A stretch of DNA of 64,000 nucleotides from a virus. The notes beneath the pieces are model-generated. The model was not told the origin of the DNA. It saw only the letters and a program-made list of their open reading frames with translations, and ran no database searches. Below are positions 25,294 through 39,314 of the stretch, piece by piece. Where the stretch lies: positions 32,001 through 96,000 of IMG/VR virus record IMGVR_UViG_3300034062_004313; one strand, given 5' to 3'. The translations under genes and the position numbers were made by a program. Numbering within the stretch: the first letter of the stretch is position 1; every line of letters starts with the position of its first letter.

Positions 25294-25597
25294 ATTAATT
25301 ATTCACTACTTAAATATTCTAATCTTGATTGTAAGTTTTCTATTTCTTCTTGAAGTTCTTGTTTTTCTAATTCAATTCTTTCATCATACTCTCTTTTACG
25401 TAATTCAAATTCTTCAATAGTTTCTCCTTCCATTTTATAACCAGAAATTGTAGATACTTTATTATATGTATTTAATTTTATAAATTCTGCTCCTGAATTT
25501 TTAATCCTATTAAATACTTCTTCAAAATCAGCTATTGACATTCCATCAAGAATGCTCAATTCGTGTATTGTTTGTTTTTCAATTATTTCTTGTTTCA

Positions 25598-26206
25598 TTA
25601 GAAAAAATCTTTTTTAGTTAAAATTACTTTTGGTTTTTCTTCTACGTAATTTTCATAATCTAATGCCATATCAGAACCTTTTTCATTTCCTTCTTTAATT
25701 ATATATCGCATGATTTTTTGATTACGTATTTCACAATGTTTTAACAAAAGCTTCTCAATACGCTCCAAATCTGTCATAGTATATTTTCCTATGAACTTTT
25801 TAAGCTTACCTTCTAAATCTAATACACCACATAAATAAGGCCATTTTTGTACTTTACCATCAAATACAAGATTTGGACTATTACTACCTGTCAAATTTAA
25901 TAACTTATCTTGTAATTTCCTATGTAATTCTGCTACCCATTGTGAAAAGGATAAAGGTTTCTGAACTTCTTCTGAATTTTGTTTATTATTATCAACATTT
26001 TCTTCATTTTTGTTAATTATATTAAACATTGTAACTATTTCCTGTCCTTTATCTGATAGCACTTCACCATCTATATATCCTTTTGCTTTAAGAATATTAT
26101 AATATCCTGTAAGTCGGTTTACTTCAGGTAAATTATTAATATTCTGAAGGACATATAGATGATTGAAATCCAAACCACTTGCAAATAAAAATTCTTCTTT
26201 AATCAT
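25598..26206 (-). CDS. replication-associated hypothetical protein upstream of the helicase
   Basis: Winged-helix-like stretch LKAKGYIDGEVLSDKG and its position; function inferred only. Confidence 0.35.
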   Translation of the reverse strand: MIKEEFLFASGLDFNHLYVLQNINNLPEVNRLTGYYNILKAKGYIDGEVLSDKGQEIVTMFNIINKNEENVDNNKQNSEEVQKPLSFSQWVAELHRKLQDKLLNLTGSNSPNLVFDGKVQKWPYLCGVLDLEGKLKKFIGKYTMTDLERIEKLLLKHCEIRNQKIMRYIIKEGNEKGSDMALDYENYVEEKPKVILTKKDFF

Positions 26207-28282
26207 TAATTATATCTTGTTTATACTTCTCAAAATCTACACCCTGTCTTTCTTTTTCAAACTTTACTAATTCATATAATCCAATCAATAAAGTATGAGG
26301 TATACTAATTGTATTGTTATCTTTATCAGTATATTCTATACGATTATATTGTGGATTACATGATATTCTATCTTCTAAATGGAATATTCCGTTTCTAATT
26401 ATCATAAATCTTTATTATTCTTATCACTAAATAAATACATTAATACCATTATAAGTAAAACTATATATACTGCTACCATAAATCTTCTGAATGTAATTCT
26501 TTAATTGTATTAAATCTTCCTCTATCAATCTGTCCTGCTAAGAATGATATGAATGCTGCTTCTATACGGTCTACAAAACGATTTTTTGAGGTTAAAAAAC
26601 CTTGTACATACTCTCCTACACTATTTTCTCCATTTGTAACTCCCCTAAGACCAGTTACAGCATTTAGTTGTTGTATACAATGAGGATGCCTATGACCACA
26701 AAAAACAACTCCTTTATCTATATTAATAGGACTTCTATTTAAATCAATTTCTTTCTTTAAAGGTATTTCTTTGTACCAAATTGCAGAACATAATATATAC
26801 TCAACTTGATTGTTTATCATGATTGTATAATTAGTCCATTAGGAAAATAAGATTTTTCATATTCTGTCATACTATTACTTACACTTTCCCAATCTGATAC
26901 AACAGGAATAATTGTACTCACTTTTAAAATTTCTTTATAAACAGCATTAATAAGTTCATTTTGATGTATTTGATTAATACTGCTTGAATACATATTTATT
27001 GATTCAAGACGAGTTATTCTATCTTCAATTTCTTTCTTACCTTCTTCTGTTAAATATATACCTTTCATTATGTTACATTTTCAAGTGGATAACAGTTTAA
27101 TATTGATTCTTTATCTATACATATCCAGAAGTCTTCTAAATCTTTAATGTCTTTTCTTGTTATTTCTTGTGGTACTACTTCCCATTCTTCTTCATCTAAT
27201 GGTTGTACATTCAAACCACCTTTTTCACTAGCACATATTAATGCAGCTTGTACATGTAATCTACATAAGTATTGAAACATATGTTGATAATCATTAAATT
27301 CACCTGAAGATTCTAATTCTTTCCATGTTGGTATTTTCATTTTAATAATTCTCTTATTTCAATTAATAAATAACGACATTCAGTTATCATATCTCCATCT
27401 TCACCATGAGTGTAGTCTTCCATATGAGCTAATTTTTCATCTATATTATCAATTTTCTCCAAAATAATTTCATTCATATCCATTAATTTCTATTGAAAGT
27501 GTCCAAAATAACCAACCAAAATAAATACCATATCTGTTATCATAGTCTCCATGAATTTGAAGTTGTGGAAGTATATCAAAACACCAGAAATTAGGATTTC
27601 CATTCTTTTTAGATTTATACCATGCATCAAGTGTAACTTTTATTTTATTTGACATATTGTATCATATCTTTATTTGTATAACCCCATACATTAGGATTAT
27701 TATGTTCACAATATTTTAACACTTCTCTACCAGATTCTAAAACTTCTTCTTCAATAACTTCGTAGGTTATATCCCAATATTTTCCGTACAATTTAAATAA
27801 GTGATTCCATTCTTCGGTTTCACTCATTAAGTTTCCATTCATCTTAAACTTAAATTTTCTATTTTCCATTCTACAAAGTTATGTCAAAATATGTTAAGAA
27901 GTCTATAACTTACTACCAAATTTTTGATAGAGTTTTCCTAACTTCAATTGAATTTTATCAATCTCTTTTTGAGCTTTCTTATGATTCTGAAAAACATAAT
28001 GTTGAGACAAAACTACATCTATAATATCTTGTGTAGATGATAATCTATCAACTATTTCGTGATAATGTCCTTTATTTAGTTTCATAATTCTGTATTTAGT
28101 ATCCTTTCTTTAACCTTTTGTAAATATTCTATTGCTGCACTAATATGTTGCATGTCTAACCATGCTACACTATTACGATGGTTATTTACTGCTATATCTA
28201 TACCATATCCTTGGTCTGTAAAATACAAACCATCTCCTATATGTTGTGCTGGAATTAAATCTTTCATAATTTACTTGTTATT

Positions 28283-29173
28283 TCAATTAATTTTTTTAAA
28301 GTTTTCAAACCATTCTTTTACATCAAAGCTATTACCTAATTTTAAAGATTGTAATTTTAACGTGTGTTTGTTGAAAGTGTTTAATAAATCAAATACTTCT
28401 TCCTCACTATACATTCTATCTACTTGGTATTTAGTTCCATTAATAAAAGATTGTATACAATGAGCAGCATAACTCGTATTGTTAAATCCAGATTTTTTAC
28501 AATCTTGATAAGCAGCTTCTTCAAGCGTTTCTTGTTTAGGATTTTTACATTTTACATTTACAAATCCTCTACATTCTGTATCACAAATGCATTCTGATTG
28601 ATATTCTTGTTTAGGTTCTTCTTGTGGAATGATGATTTTAAACCGTGTACCGAATTTAGGTTTATTACCGTGTTTGTACCAAAATTCTTTGTCATAAACA
28701 GACCAATTACCATAACCATCTTTGTATTCTATTTTAACTTCTACTTGTTCACAACTTGGATTCTTAACAAACCACTCTAAAAACTCATCATCAATAGCTT
28801 GAACACCATCTTTGATTAAGTCTGGGTCTGTTGTTAGGATTATTTTTTTACAATATCTAATTTCATGGGTTAAGTTATTAAAAGAAAATAATAATTGTTG
28901 CCCGTGCTCAACATTACCTAATTTTATATTAGAAGGTTTTACTATATAATAGTTATTATCGTTGATAGGATTTCCTTTTAAATCTATGCACCCTGTAACA
29001 TAATCAGCTATAACCCAATCTCCTTCTTTAATTTCTTCTGAAGAAGTGATGTATACGTGTTGGTTAATGGCTGGATTACCAAAGTTTTCATTACTTAATC
29101 TTAATTCTGAATTACAATTAAGTTTTACTAACCTACTTGGTTTGTCTGTTGGTAACAGATGTATGTTTTTCAT
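28283..29173 (-). CDS. modular hypothetical protein (Flavobacterium-phage-like family)
   Basis: MKNIHLLPTDKPSRL...KIILTTD...ETLEEAA...MYSEEEV; paralogous segments occur elsewhere in the window. Confidence 0.7.
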   Translation of the reverse strand: MKNIHLLPTDKPSRLVKLNCNSELRLSNENFGNPAINQHVYITSSEEIKEGDWVIADYVTGCIDLKGNPINDNNYYIVKPSNIKLGNVEHGQQLLFSFNNLTHEIRYCKKIILTTDPDLIKDGVQAIDDEFLEWFVKNPSCEQVEVKIEYKDGYGNWSVYDKEFWYKHGNKPKFGTRFKIIIPQEEPKQEYQSECICDTECRGFVNVKCKNPKQETLEEAAYQDCKKSGFNNTSYAAHCIQSFINGTKYQVDRMYSEEEVFDLLNTFNKHTLKLQSLKLGNSFDVKEWFENFKKIN

Positions 29174-30044
29174 ATTATTTGTTTTTAACTATTTCTATTA
29201 ATTTTTTAAGACAAGTAAGTTCTACTTCTTCGTAAGTTTTAAATGCAAACCCTCTTTCAAAAATTAAAATATTTAATTTTTCATTATCTAAACGATTTCT
29301 AGGGGTATCTTGCTTGCACTCATCCATTAAATTACTATACAAATCTTCTTGTCCTGTAATATCATTTTGTTCTCCCTTACTTATGTCAAAATGAAAATAG
29401 TTATTATGTATACTCTTATAAAAATAATTTTCTTTTCTTATTTGCACATGTAAATCATACTTATCTCTAAACCATCTAAATGCTTGTGAGAATGTTGGTC
29501 TAAGAGTAATGCCATCACCTTGTCTATCAAAAGATTTCAAATAAAACTTTTTGTTTAGGAAATGTCCAAAACAAGGTTTATCAAAACCTAATTCTTTAAG
29601 TTCTACTGCTTGTTCGTATGGGATGAATTCTTTTTCCATTATTTTTTAAAGATTTTATCTAATTTTTTAGCAACTTTAGGTTGTTCTTCATCTGAAATAG
29701 AGTCAAAATAACAATTTAATTCTTCATAAGCTTTTTTATATTGAGCTTTTTCTTTTTTAAGAACTTTAATTTGTTCTTTCAATTTTACAACTATCGGTAT
29801 AGAAGCTTTCATAATCCTATTTCTTTTTTAAAGAGTTCCAATTGAGATGTTATTGATTTTATATCAACACATTCATAAATCCTATCAATTTTAACATTCT
29901 CAACAATTCTATTAGTATATTCTTCTAATAGTTGTTTAAGTTCTTCAGGAGTAAATACAAATGCTTCAAAAGACTTATCATGAAAATGATAATCTTCTAA
30001 TTCTACTTTAGTAGGTATATAAACTGTTTGTAACTGTTTCATAA

Positions 30045-30473
30045 TTATTGATTTTTTCTATTCCCAAACATAAAACCTACATTAAAACACCAAAAGTATT
30101 TAGATGCAGTTATTTCACCAAAACCTCCATACACCTGATAACGAATGCCAAAAACAGGCTTTATCCTTTTTTCCAGTTCATCATTCTTGTTATAAAGAGA
30201 TAGTTGCTGAATGCCCATAACAGGGGCAACGTATGATTCTTTTTGCACGTCAATCCAATGAGCGTAATTAACCTTTATACCGGCTGTTTGGTAACCTGTG
30301 TAGTTCACTTGATATGTTCCTAATAGAGTTATCCTTTCGTGAAATAATTGCGCAACCCCAACCTCCGCAACGCCCTGCATTCCCCATCCTGTCATACCTA
30401 ATGCAATAGCTGCTACTGGTTTTATTTGACCATATGTAGCAGTACTAATTAACAATAATATTAATGTTTTCAT
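30045..30473 (-). CDS. secreted outer-membrane beta-barrel-like protein (likely start MKTLILL at 30473)
   Basis: Signal-peptide-like MKTLILLLISTATYG-Q, alternating amphipathic strands, terminal strand FNVGFMF. Confidence 0.55.
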   Translation of the reverse strand: MKTLILLLISTATYGQIKPVAAIALGMTGWGMQGVAEVGVAQLFHERITLLGTYQVNYTGYQTAGIKVNYAHWIDVQKESYVAPVMGIQQLSLYNKNDELEKRIKPVFGIRYQVYGGFGEITASKYFWCFNVGFMFGNRKNQ

Positions 30474-30648
30474 AATTATAAAAGTGGATTTACTATTTTC
30501 TTTTTCTGAATTAAGTTCAAAACTTAGATTATTTTTCATTTTCTTTTTTTACAGGGTGGAAATAATGTTTGCCATATAGCCATTAATCCTATGAAACTTT
30601 GTCCACAAACCAATACCATATACGTACTATATATGTACGCATAAATTC

Positions 30649-30680
30649 GTATATTATTATAAATCCTATTATTTTCCAAA
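30649..30680 (-). promoter_or_regulatory. TTTGGA-N-TA promoter-like element
   Basis: Minus strand TTTG-N20-TAATATAC, same spacing as the other four TTTGGA elements. Confidence 0.4.
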
Positions 30681-33600
30681 ACATTATTCAAAAATTGCTG
30701 TTATTTTACATGGTTCTTTTATACAAAATCTGCATTCGTTTTCAGCTTCTATATAGTTATTATATTTAGTAGCAAATATCCAACCTCTAAATCTTTTTTG
30801 ATTACTATCCCAAAAAGCTTGTGTTGGGACAGTTTCTATTACAAAATATTGTTTCATATTCTCCATAATTATTCATTAGTAAATATTGTTTCTTAAACTT
30901 GTCAATAATTATCATCTTCACATTCAATATTTAGATTCATAAATCAAAATTGTTTAGTTCAAGTTTATCCCATATGGGACCAGTATAACCGCTTTCTTCT
31001 ACAAATTCATCATAATACTTATTACATTCTTTTTTAGTACCTTCTTTAAGAACTTTAAAACCTTCTCTTTGAGATGCAAAATCTAATTCTGTTTCATCTA
31101 TAAAATGCAGTTGTTGTTGATTATCAAGAATTACGTAGTGATTCATTTTCTTTTTCTTTTGGTGTTAGTCTTATTAAAGTTGTATCCCATTTATTACCTT
31201 CTTCATCTTCTACTCTACCAAATAATTTTCCTTTGCTTAATAATTTAACTATAGAAGAGTTGTTATATTCTTTATCTAAAACATAATATTCCCCTACATT
31301 TAAATCTTTACTCCAATCTATCATGTATTATATCTTGATGGTAATCTAAGAGCTTCAAGTTCATATTTAATAAGAGCATCTTTATCTAATTTAAAAATTA
31401 AATCAGCAATATATTCTCTTATTTTTAAATAACCTATAATTTCTGGATTATCAGAAACATTAGCCCAATTAATTTCTATTTGCATAGTGGATTATTATAC
31501 TGTTTACGAATAAGAGAATCGGGAAAACATTCAATCATAGCTTTCTTCCATGCAGTTTTCATAGAGTATATTTTATTTCTTTCTTCTATACTCTTCTTAA
31601 ATACACTCCTATCTATAGGTTCTTTATATCCTTTATTAATTTCCTTAAATAATTGCTCCCTTTTTTGAAGAGCATTTGCAATATCATTATTATCTTTAAA
31701 AATGCTATGTTCTGTTAATGTAGTTACCATACTATAAATGTTTCTTTTTTAGAATTTTTTAATAATTTATGATTATTATCCCATACAGGATTCTTATTAC
31801 CATCAATGAATACAGATGGTATCATAGTTGTTCGTATACCTTTTGGTACTAAATCAGAGTTTTTAGGCTCTGATTTAGTATTAAAGATAGATTTTATTAG
31901 TTTTAACATAAATTAAATGTTTTAGCCAAAATTAAATCTATATCTTTTTTTGAAGACTTTGGATTTAAGATGTAATTAATAAAATTCTCTGACTTACGTT
32001 CAATTTCTTTTTCATTTTTCCAAGCAGGATGAATATCATTCAAATTACCTTCTAACAATTCATTTCTTTGAGAACGAAGTTCCTGCTGAAACTTTTCAGC
32101 CCTACGAGTTTGTGAAATACTTAATTGATTTGCTTTACAGCTAAATACTTTTGTACCGAAATTTTGATAAATTTTTGATGGAATTTGCATAAAATTTAAT
32201 TTAATTTATTTAAAACTTTGTTAATTGTTTCTAAAGATACACTCCAACGATGACTACTTGTTACATCTTTAGCTCCACATCCTAATACAACATCAGCTTT
32301 AGAATGCTCTGCTACAATCTTTGCAGATTTCCAAAAATCATTAAAAAATACATGTCCATCAATAATTGTTGCTCCATTTGCTATGATTATTTCATATTTG
32401 CTGTTGTCAAGCATTATCTTGTCATCTTCATAAACAGGTTCGAACCACAAGTCTAACACTCCTGCTTCTGTTAATTTTTCAATGTAATATTCATTAGGAT
32501 TATTTATCATTATTTCAGCAAATGATTTGTCCTTATTCCAATTTACATTTACATTTACTATATTTTCACAAGCAATTCTGTATTGAGTCTTAACTAACTT
32601 ATAACCAATAATTTTTTTCATGTTTATTTCTTTTAATACGTATTTTTTGAATTGTTCCATTGTGATTTTAACATATTCTTTATCTATATTTTTACTATGA
32701 GAATGATATCTTTTATCTGAATCATAAGCATTATCTGGATAAGATATGAAATAATCACTATGGTCTTTTGTCCAATTCTTAATAATTTCTAAATTTTCTT
32801 CTGTTTCAGGACATACATACCATTTTTCAGGTAATACATATCCATTTACACATTCATTCCAATGTTCTAATGTGATTATAGTAGGATTATTATTAAATCT
32901 CATTATATCATAATCTGAATTAGTACCACCCCATTTAGTATTTCCGTCATATCCATAATAATATAAATAATCACAACCTCTCCAAAGTGAATCATATTCA
33001 TCAGATAACCACTCTATATATTTTTTCCATAAAGGATTTTCTTCATTTTGTTGTATTACAAAGTATTTAGGTAGTTCCATAATTTAAATTTAATTGTATG
33101 CTTTTAATTTGTTTATTTAACTGAACCATTTTCCATCTACGTACTGATATTTGAAGCTTATTAATATAATTATATAATCCATCAAAATCTTTCGATTGTC
33201 CTACGTAATACCAAGTGTTCTTAATAAGTTTTCTATATGGTTCTTTAATATAATTTGCTAAAGCATATTCCTTTGGTAATGGAAAGGTAGCTCTATAATG
33301 AGATAATTTACCATTATCGTAAAGAATTGTCTGAATACATTTTGTTTGTACTGTCATAACTTTTTGTGGATTAAAATAATTTCACATTTTTGTTTAAGTT
33401 CTCTTAACAAATCAACTTCCATATCTAATAAAGGAAGTATAGTGTGATTTGTAATATACAAATAGATGTAAATATGCTTGGCTTTTCGAATACGAATGTC
33501 ATATACACCAGATGTTTTTAAATAATCTTTATATTTCTTATTTAAATAATCTTTTATATAGTGATTAAAATACCACTCTTCTTCATTAAACCATTTTAAA

Positions 33601-36600
33601 AATTTATCTTTCCATTCTTCAATATATTCTTCATATGTATCACATTTAGACTTTCTAAACATAAATGGTATATAAAAGAATATCATTGAGAATTTTAACG
33701 GTTCGTATTTCTGCTTTATACATAATATAATGTTAAATGTTATGTATAAAATCAATATTATTTTTAAAAATGTCATAAAATAGTTTTAGTGGAAATGTAA
33801 AGAGAGTAGGATATTTCACCTACTCTCCAATTTAATTATTTTGAAAGCATAGCTTCCAATTCTTTCATAGCCATTCTTTTAATATACTAATACGTTTGTT
33901 AATAAGTTCAATTACTTCATCTTTTGATTCTGCATAATATGGAGCTTTAAACCAAAAAGGTATCTGCGGATTGTCTATATTTCCCTGACTATCACAAACT
34001 TTAAAGTCATTTATTAAATCTTGTATAGTATAATTTTTTTCAAAACCTTCCATCATTTTACAAACTCCAAAATCAGCATTATGAACTCGTAGTATCTCTT
34101 TAATATCAAAAAGATTCTCTTCAAATTTAATAAGTTTTAAAACTTTCAAATACTTATTAATTGTTATTTTAGCAAATTTCTTATACTTCTTTCTTGTGAA
34201 GTATAAATTAATTTTCGAGTACATTATATACGAGATTTTAAAGTTAATAATTCTTTTTGAATACGTTTGGTATCAGATTCTGTTAAAGGAATATCATTAC
34301 CTGTAGTTACTGCTGTTAATTTAGCAGTTCCTTTTTCTGTTTTAAATCCAGATTTTAACTGATTTTCTAAACGGTTGATTACTTTAACTCTACGTTGAAT
34401 TGTTCTCTTATCTTTAGGATAGTTAATTACTGCTTGAACCTTAACATCACTCTTAACTCTTTTGCTTTCTTCAAGCTTATTAAGCCAATTAACTGTTTCT
34501 TGCAATCGTGTAGATTGTGCAGATGAACCGCCTGTTTGAGCTTTTCGAGCTTGGTTACGTGTTAAACCACCCCTTGCATCTCTAATTTTTTGCCTATTGC
34601 TATGTGCCATTTTATTTGTTTTACGTCCATTGTAATATTACAACTTCTTTCGTTAAAAATGGGTGGAGTATATACTCCACCTTTATCTTTCAATATGAAA
34701 TTACTTCTGTTATGTAATCAATATAATTATCAGCACTGAATATTATAAACTTACCCTTTTGTTCAAATGTGCTATAAAGAGAATGTGGTCCATCTTTTTG
34801 AAATCCACCAACATTTATAAAATGTGGAGTTTTAAAGAAAACAATATTAAATTCTTCATTCATATCTATATCCTTTGAAGAATTACAATGTGAACCTGTA
34901 TACTTTATTTTAACTACACTTCCTGTTTTTAATTTATCATAATCAATAATAGATTTATTATATTCTTCAATTTCTTCGGGAGTAGCAAGTCTAAAACAAT
35001 TAGAATAATTGATGTAACCAATTATACAAAAACCATCATTTAACTTTAAATATTTTTCATCTTGTTCTATTTTATACACTTGTCCTACAATAGGTGAACA
35101 CATATTCGGTTTTTTAATGCAATATAGATAATCACCTATTTTAAATTTAAAATTATTTCTCTCTCCAAATATCTCATCTAAAAGAATACATTGGTCTTTA
35201 TTTGCTACTTCATATCCAGCATCAAGTTCTTGTTGAGTGAATGTAATGTTCTGAAATACATCTACTCTACTTAAATATTCTGCTACCTTCTTCTTCCATC
35301 CACAACTATTACTTATACTTGCATGGATACGAATAACATCTTGTATAGGAACTGTTAATTTTTGCATTGTTTCTTTTTTTAATGTTAAATATTTATTTCT
35401 GAATTGTTTTATTGAAATTTCTTTATATCCCGGTTGTATTTTATTGTAACAATAATCTTCTGTATGACTAACAGGGGGAAAATGAGCATATAAACCTAAA
35501 TCTTCATTCCAATTTCCACTATTATTTCCTATTAATTCTATTATGTAATCTGCTACTTCTTGAAGATGTATAACACACAATTTTTCAGGAAATACTTCTA
35601 TACCACAATATTCAAGGAATATATCTTTATCCCATGTTTCAAATATAGTTCTATTATAATCTGATTTCATATAAGTAAATGATAATAATTTATCACGTTC
35701 ATTATAATTATTTACTAAATACTCCCGATTTGTTTTATTTATATCTTTATATTCTTCTTCAAATCCATTTTCAAGAAGAACATCTCTAATTTCATTATAT
35801 TGCTCCTTAGAGCATTTCATAGCGATTGGTTTTATCATCTTATTTGTACTTTTGGTATGTCATTAATATCTTTACAAATTATAGGCTCTGCAAATTCTCT
35901 TTTAATTTGATAACCTATTTCTCTGAAAAGTGGTATAAATTCTGTCATAGCACATGTTGTTGCCATTTCTAAAGAATTATACCCTAATGTTCTATGACCT
36001 GCATTGTAATAGTAATCACTAAAATTTAAATCAGCAATATCTAAAAGATATACAATAGGGTGATATGTTTTTCTATCTTCAAGATATATTATTTTAAATA
36101 ATGCTTTCATAATTGTTTTGTGTTTTCTATTTCAAATACGGATTCAAGAAACCATTCTTTATTAAGACTATCGGGAAGTGTTATTATATATCCCTTTTCA
36201 ACATCTTCTGATTCTTCTGGTTCTTTATAGAACATTGTGAATTCAATTTCACATGGGTCATCACCATTATCAAGAAGATTTAAGAAGTCTACTATACGTT
36301 CTTCAGGAATAAATACTTTCTTTCTTAATGATAAGAGTAATTCATCTACAGTTGGACCCACTTTATCATATTTCTTAGATTTTTCCCAATCTTTTTTAAT
36401 CTTTTTTGGATTAGTTTCATCTAAGTATTTCTCTAATTCTTCAAACATGTTCATTTAAATCAAGTTTAACTTTTTCCATTAGTAATATGATTTCTTTCAT
36501 TTCATCTATTGTAATATCAAAGAAATTTTCATCTTCATAATTAAATATAACTCCAATTGGAGTTTTCTCTATATCTCCTAATATTACATCTTTAGATTTA

Positions 36601-37256
36601 GAATAAACATAATAACGCTCAAGAAAGTCATTATAATAAAAAGGTTTTAATTCCATAATAATATTGTTTCATAATGGTAAAACTTTAATTTTATCCCATT
36701 CATCAATGATAACTGGTCTTAGTAAAGGGTGCAATGCTCTCATATATTTTAAATGAGGAGGTGTTATTAATTCTTCTGGAGTTGGTTGAGTTTCCCACCT
36801 TTTAATTTCTTCTAAAGAAGCAGGTGTTATGTTCTCTTTTACCATACGTTTAAGTGTATGATATCCAGTACATTGTTTATCTTCTGATAAACGAGGTTCG
36901 TAAAGCCCATCACAATATTTGTGACAGAATTCATTAAATGTTTTCGGTTTCATTGTAATGTTTTGAGATTTTTAATACATTTATGAAACATTCCATAGCT
37001 TCTATGTTATTTTGATTAAAATTTTCATAGGATTTAATAACTTGTTGTTTGTCATTTATTAAAACCAAGTCACTAATATTTTCCCCTTTAACTACAAAAA
37101 CCATGTGATTTTCAAGCTTTGGTAAATTAACTTTTTGTTGATTCTCCAAAATCATTTTGAAATAAGGGTCAACATACCACATAGTCACTCCATTATTAAA
37201 ATCTGGTTTTGTATTTTCGAAATCTATAAGTTTCCACATAACGTAGTTTTATGAAA

Positions 37257-37298
37257 GAACAGGTACTAAGTCATAAGACTGTTCCCCGTTCCACCAAT
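37257..37298 (-). ncRNA. loop-E/bulged-G hairpin, copy A
   Basis: GGAACGGG-GAAC-AGUC-UUAU-GACU-UAGUA-CCUGUUCU; covaries with copy B. Confidence 0.65.
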
Positions 37299-37751
37299 GA
37301 TTTAAAATAATATTAATAATACGGTTATCATACCTATTAAAACCTTTACAACATCTTGTTCTGTAAAGACTTTTAATAATTTTCCTGTCGGTGATACAAA
37401 ATAGGTCATAAATAATTATTTATAAATAAATAAAAACATCCATGCTCCTAATAGTAATAACCAAGGAGATAATATAGTTATAATTGATTTTTCATACTTA
37501 TTTCTATATTCATCTTTAATATCAGTAATATAACTATGTACAAAACAATGTACAAAAAACGCTATACCAGTATATTGATACCAAGTTAATTTTGGAAAAT
37601 CAGGAAATATTGGTAATATATACCAATCTGCAATAATAGTTGTTACATAACCCCATGAAAATGCTCCGTATATTACAAATACGAAAACAATAAAAGCTGC
37701 CGCTATAAATTTTAATAAGTCTTTCATAAAAATTAATTGAAGGTGGAAAAT

Positions 37752-37820
37752 ATGCCACGTTTTTAGTACCACAAAACAGTGCTTAAAAGTGTAACCTTTT
37801 GGTGGGTTGGTTACTACCCC
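37752..37820 (-). ncRNA. pseudoknot RNA motif, copy 1
   Basis: GGGU-A-GUAACC-A-ACCC-ACCAAAA-GGUUAC-ACUUUUAAG plus a downstream hairpin; covarying copy at 48359..48429. Confidence 0.7.
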
Positions 37821-39314
37821 AAGAATTAATAGCTATTTCTTTTTTAAAGCATTTTTAATTTGCTCTAAAGTATAGCATCTTATACCATTAATCCAGAAAT
37901 ACATATGTTTTATTTTATTGTACCCAAACGGAAGTCATATTTGGCTCAATATCACAAGCAAGCTTTCTGAAATATTCAAGATTAAACTTACCATTAGGAT
38001 AAGTGTTCTTTGCAGTTTGTTGCACTTGCACTTTTCGTAGAAGGGAATGCTTATTATTAGCATTGCCATAGATAAATAGTGTTACCATAACATTTGTTTT
38101 ATTGATGAAAAATTATTTAAATAACCAAATAAAAGGAATATGACGCAAATTATACACACTAAAAGAATCAGATTTTCTAGCTTTCCAAATATATCCTATA
38201 ATATCTATAACTGTTAAAAGGATAATAATTAAACCAATTGATATGTTCATAATTATTTAATTAAAATAGGACACCACATGGGAATTTGAATTTTACTTTC
38301 TTCATGCCACTCTACAGCACCTTGTATTTTTTTATTTTCTTTGGTACATATCCAATCATCCATTCTATCCCAACCATCTGTACTATATCGATTAGCTGTT
38401 TCAAAATATGGACATTGTTTGCATGATTTAACTTCTATTGATATTTTAGCCATAAAATTGATTTTATTGATTAATTAATTTATGGTCTTCATAATAACCA
38501 TTACCACTAAGTATTCTTTCGAAGAGTTCTTTATTAGGTTCTGGTAGTTGTATAAGGGTGATATATTCTTCAGTACCTTCAGGTTTTGTTTTAATCTCCA
38601 TATTTGAGAGTACACTCTTGTATTCCCAAATTAATGCTTCAATAGGACTTAGATTTTCAGGTTTACCTATTTGCCATACAATTTCTCTATGAAGATTTTC
38701 CATGAAATGTTGTAATCTATCAGGTAGACATATATTCATAATTTCGAACATGTCATTAGCAACATAGATTAATGTATCATTGGTTGCTAATTCATAATCC
38801 CATCCACAACGTATAGCCCATATTCTTTTTAAACCTTCAAAGAAATTTACATCATTAGGTCTTTTATACCATCCCTTACAGTACAGAACTATATGTCCTT
38901 GTATTGGTTCCAATAATATTGGTTTCATAAAAATTTTTAAAGATTTTGCTCAATCCAATTCTCTCTTACTGTATAATGACAATCGGGTTTACTTTGTCCA
39001 TGTATCCATGCCTGTGTCATAAGATTATGTACTTCTTTTTTAGTATACATTTTATCAGAAGATTTATTCAATTCTTCAACAATATGTTCCTTAGCTTTAT
39101 TAAGATAATATGCTCTTTCATGATATTCAAATATACCATCATCCTTTGGATAAGCAGCATAAACAGTATTACCAAAACATTCTGCTCTAAAGTAACCATG
39201 TCTAAGTCTTAAATAACCAACTTCCATATCATTAAGAAATACATCGTATTGTTCAGGACAGGCTCCACATGTTTGAACTAGTTCTAATTCATTTGTTGTT
39301 ATCATAAAATTGTT

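Noticed and set aside
33715-33750. dif-like sequence (cataa...atgttaaat) with an inverted repeat
   Set aside because: Spacing between the XerC-like and XerD-like arms is wrong, and it lies inside a CDS in AT-rich sequence.
37838-37848. A_AAA_AAG slippery site upstream of pseudoknot copy 1
   Set aside because: The spacer of about 19 nt is too long, the -1 frame stops within about 20 codons, and copy 2 has no slippery site.
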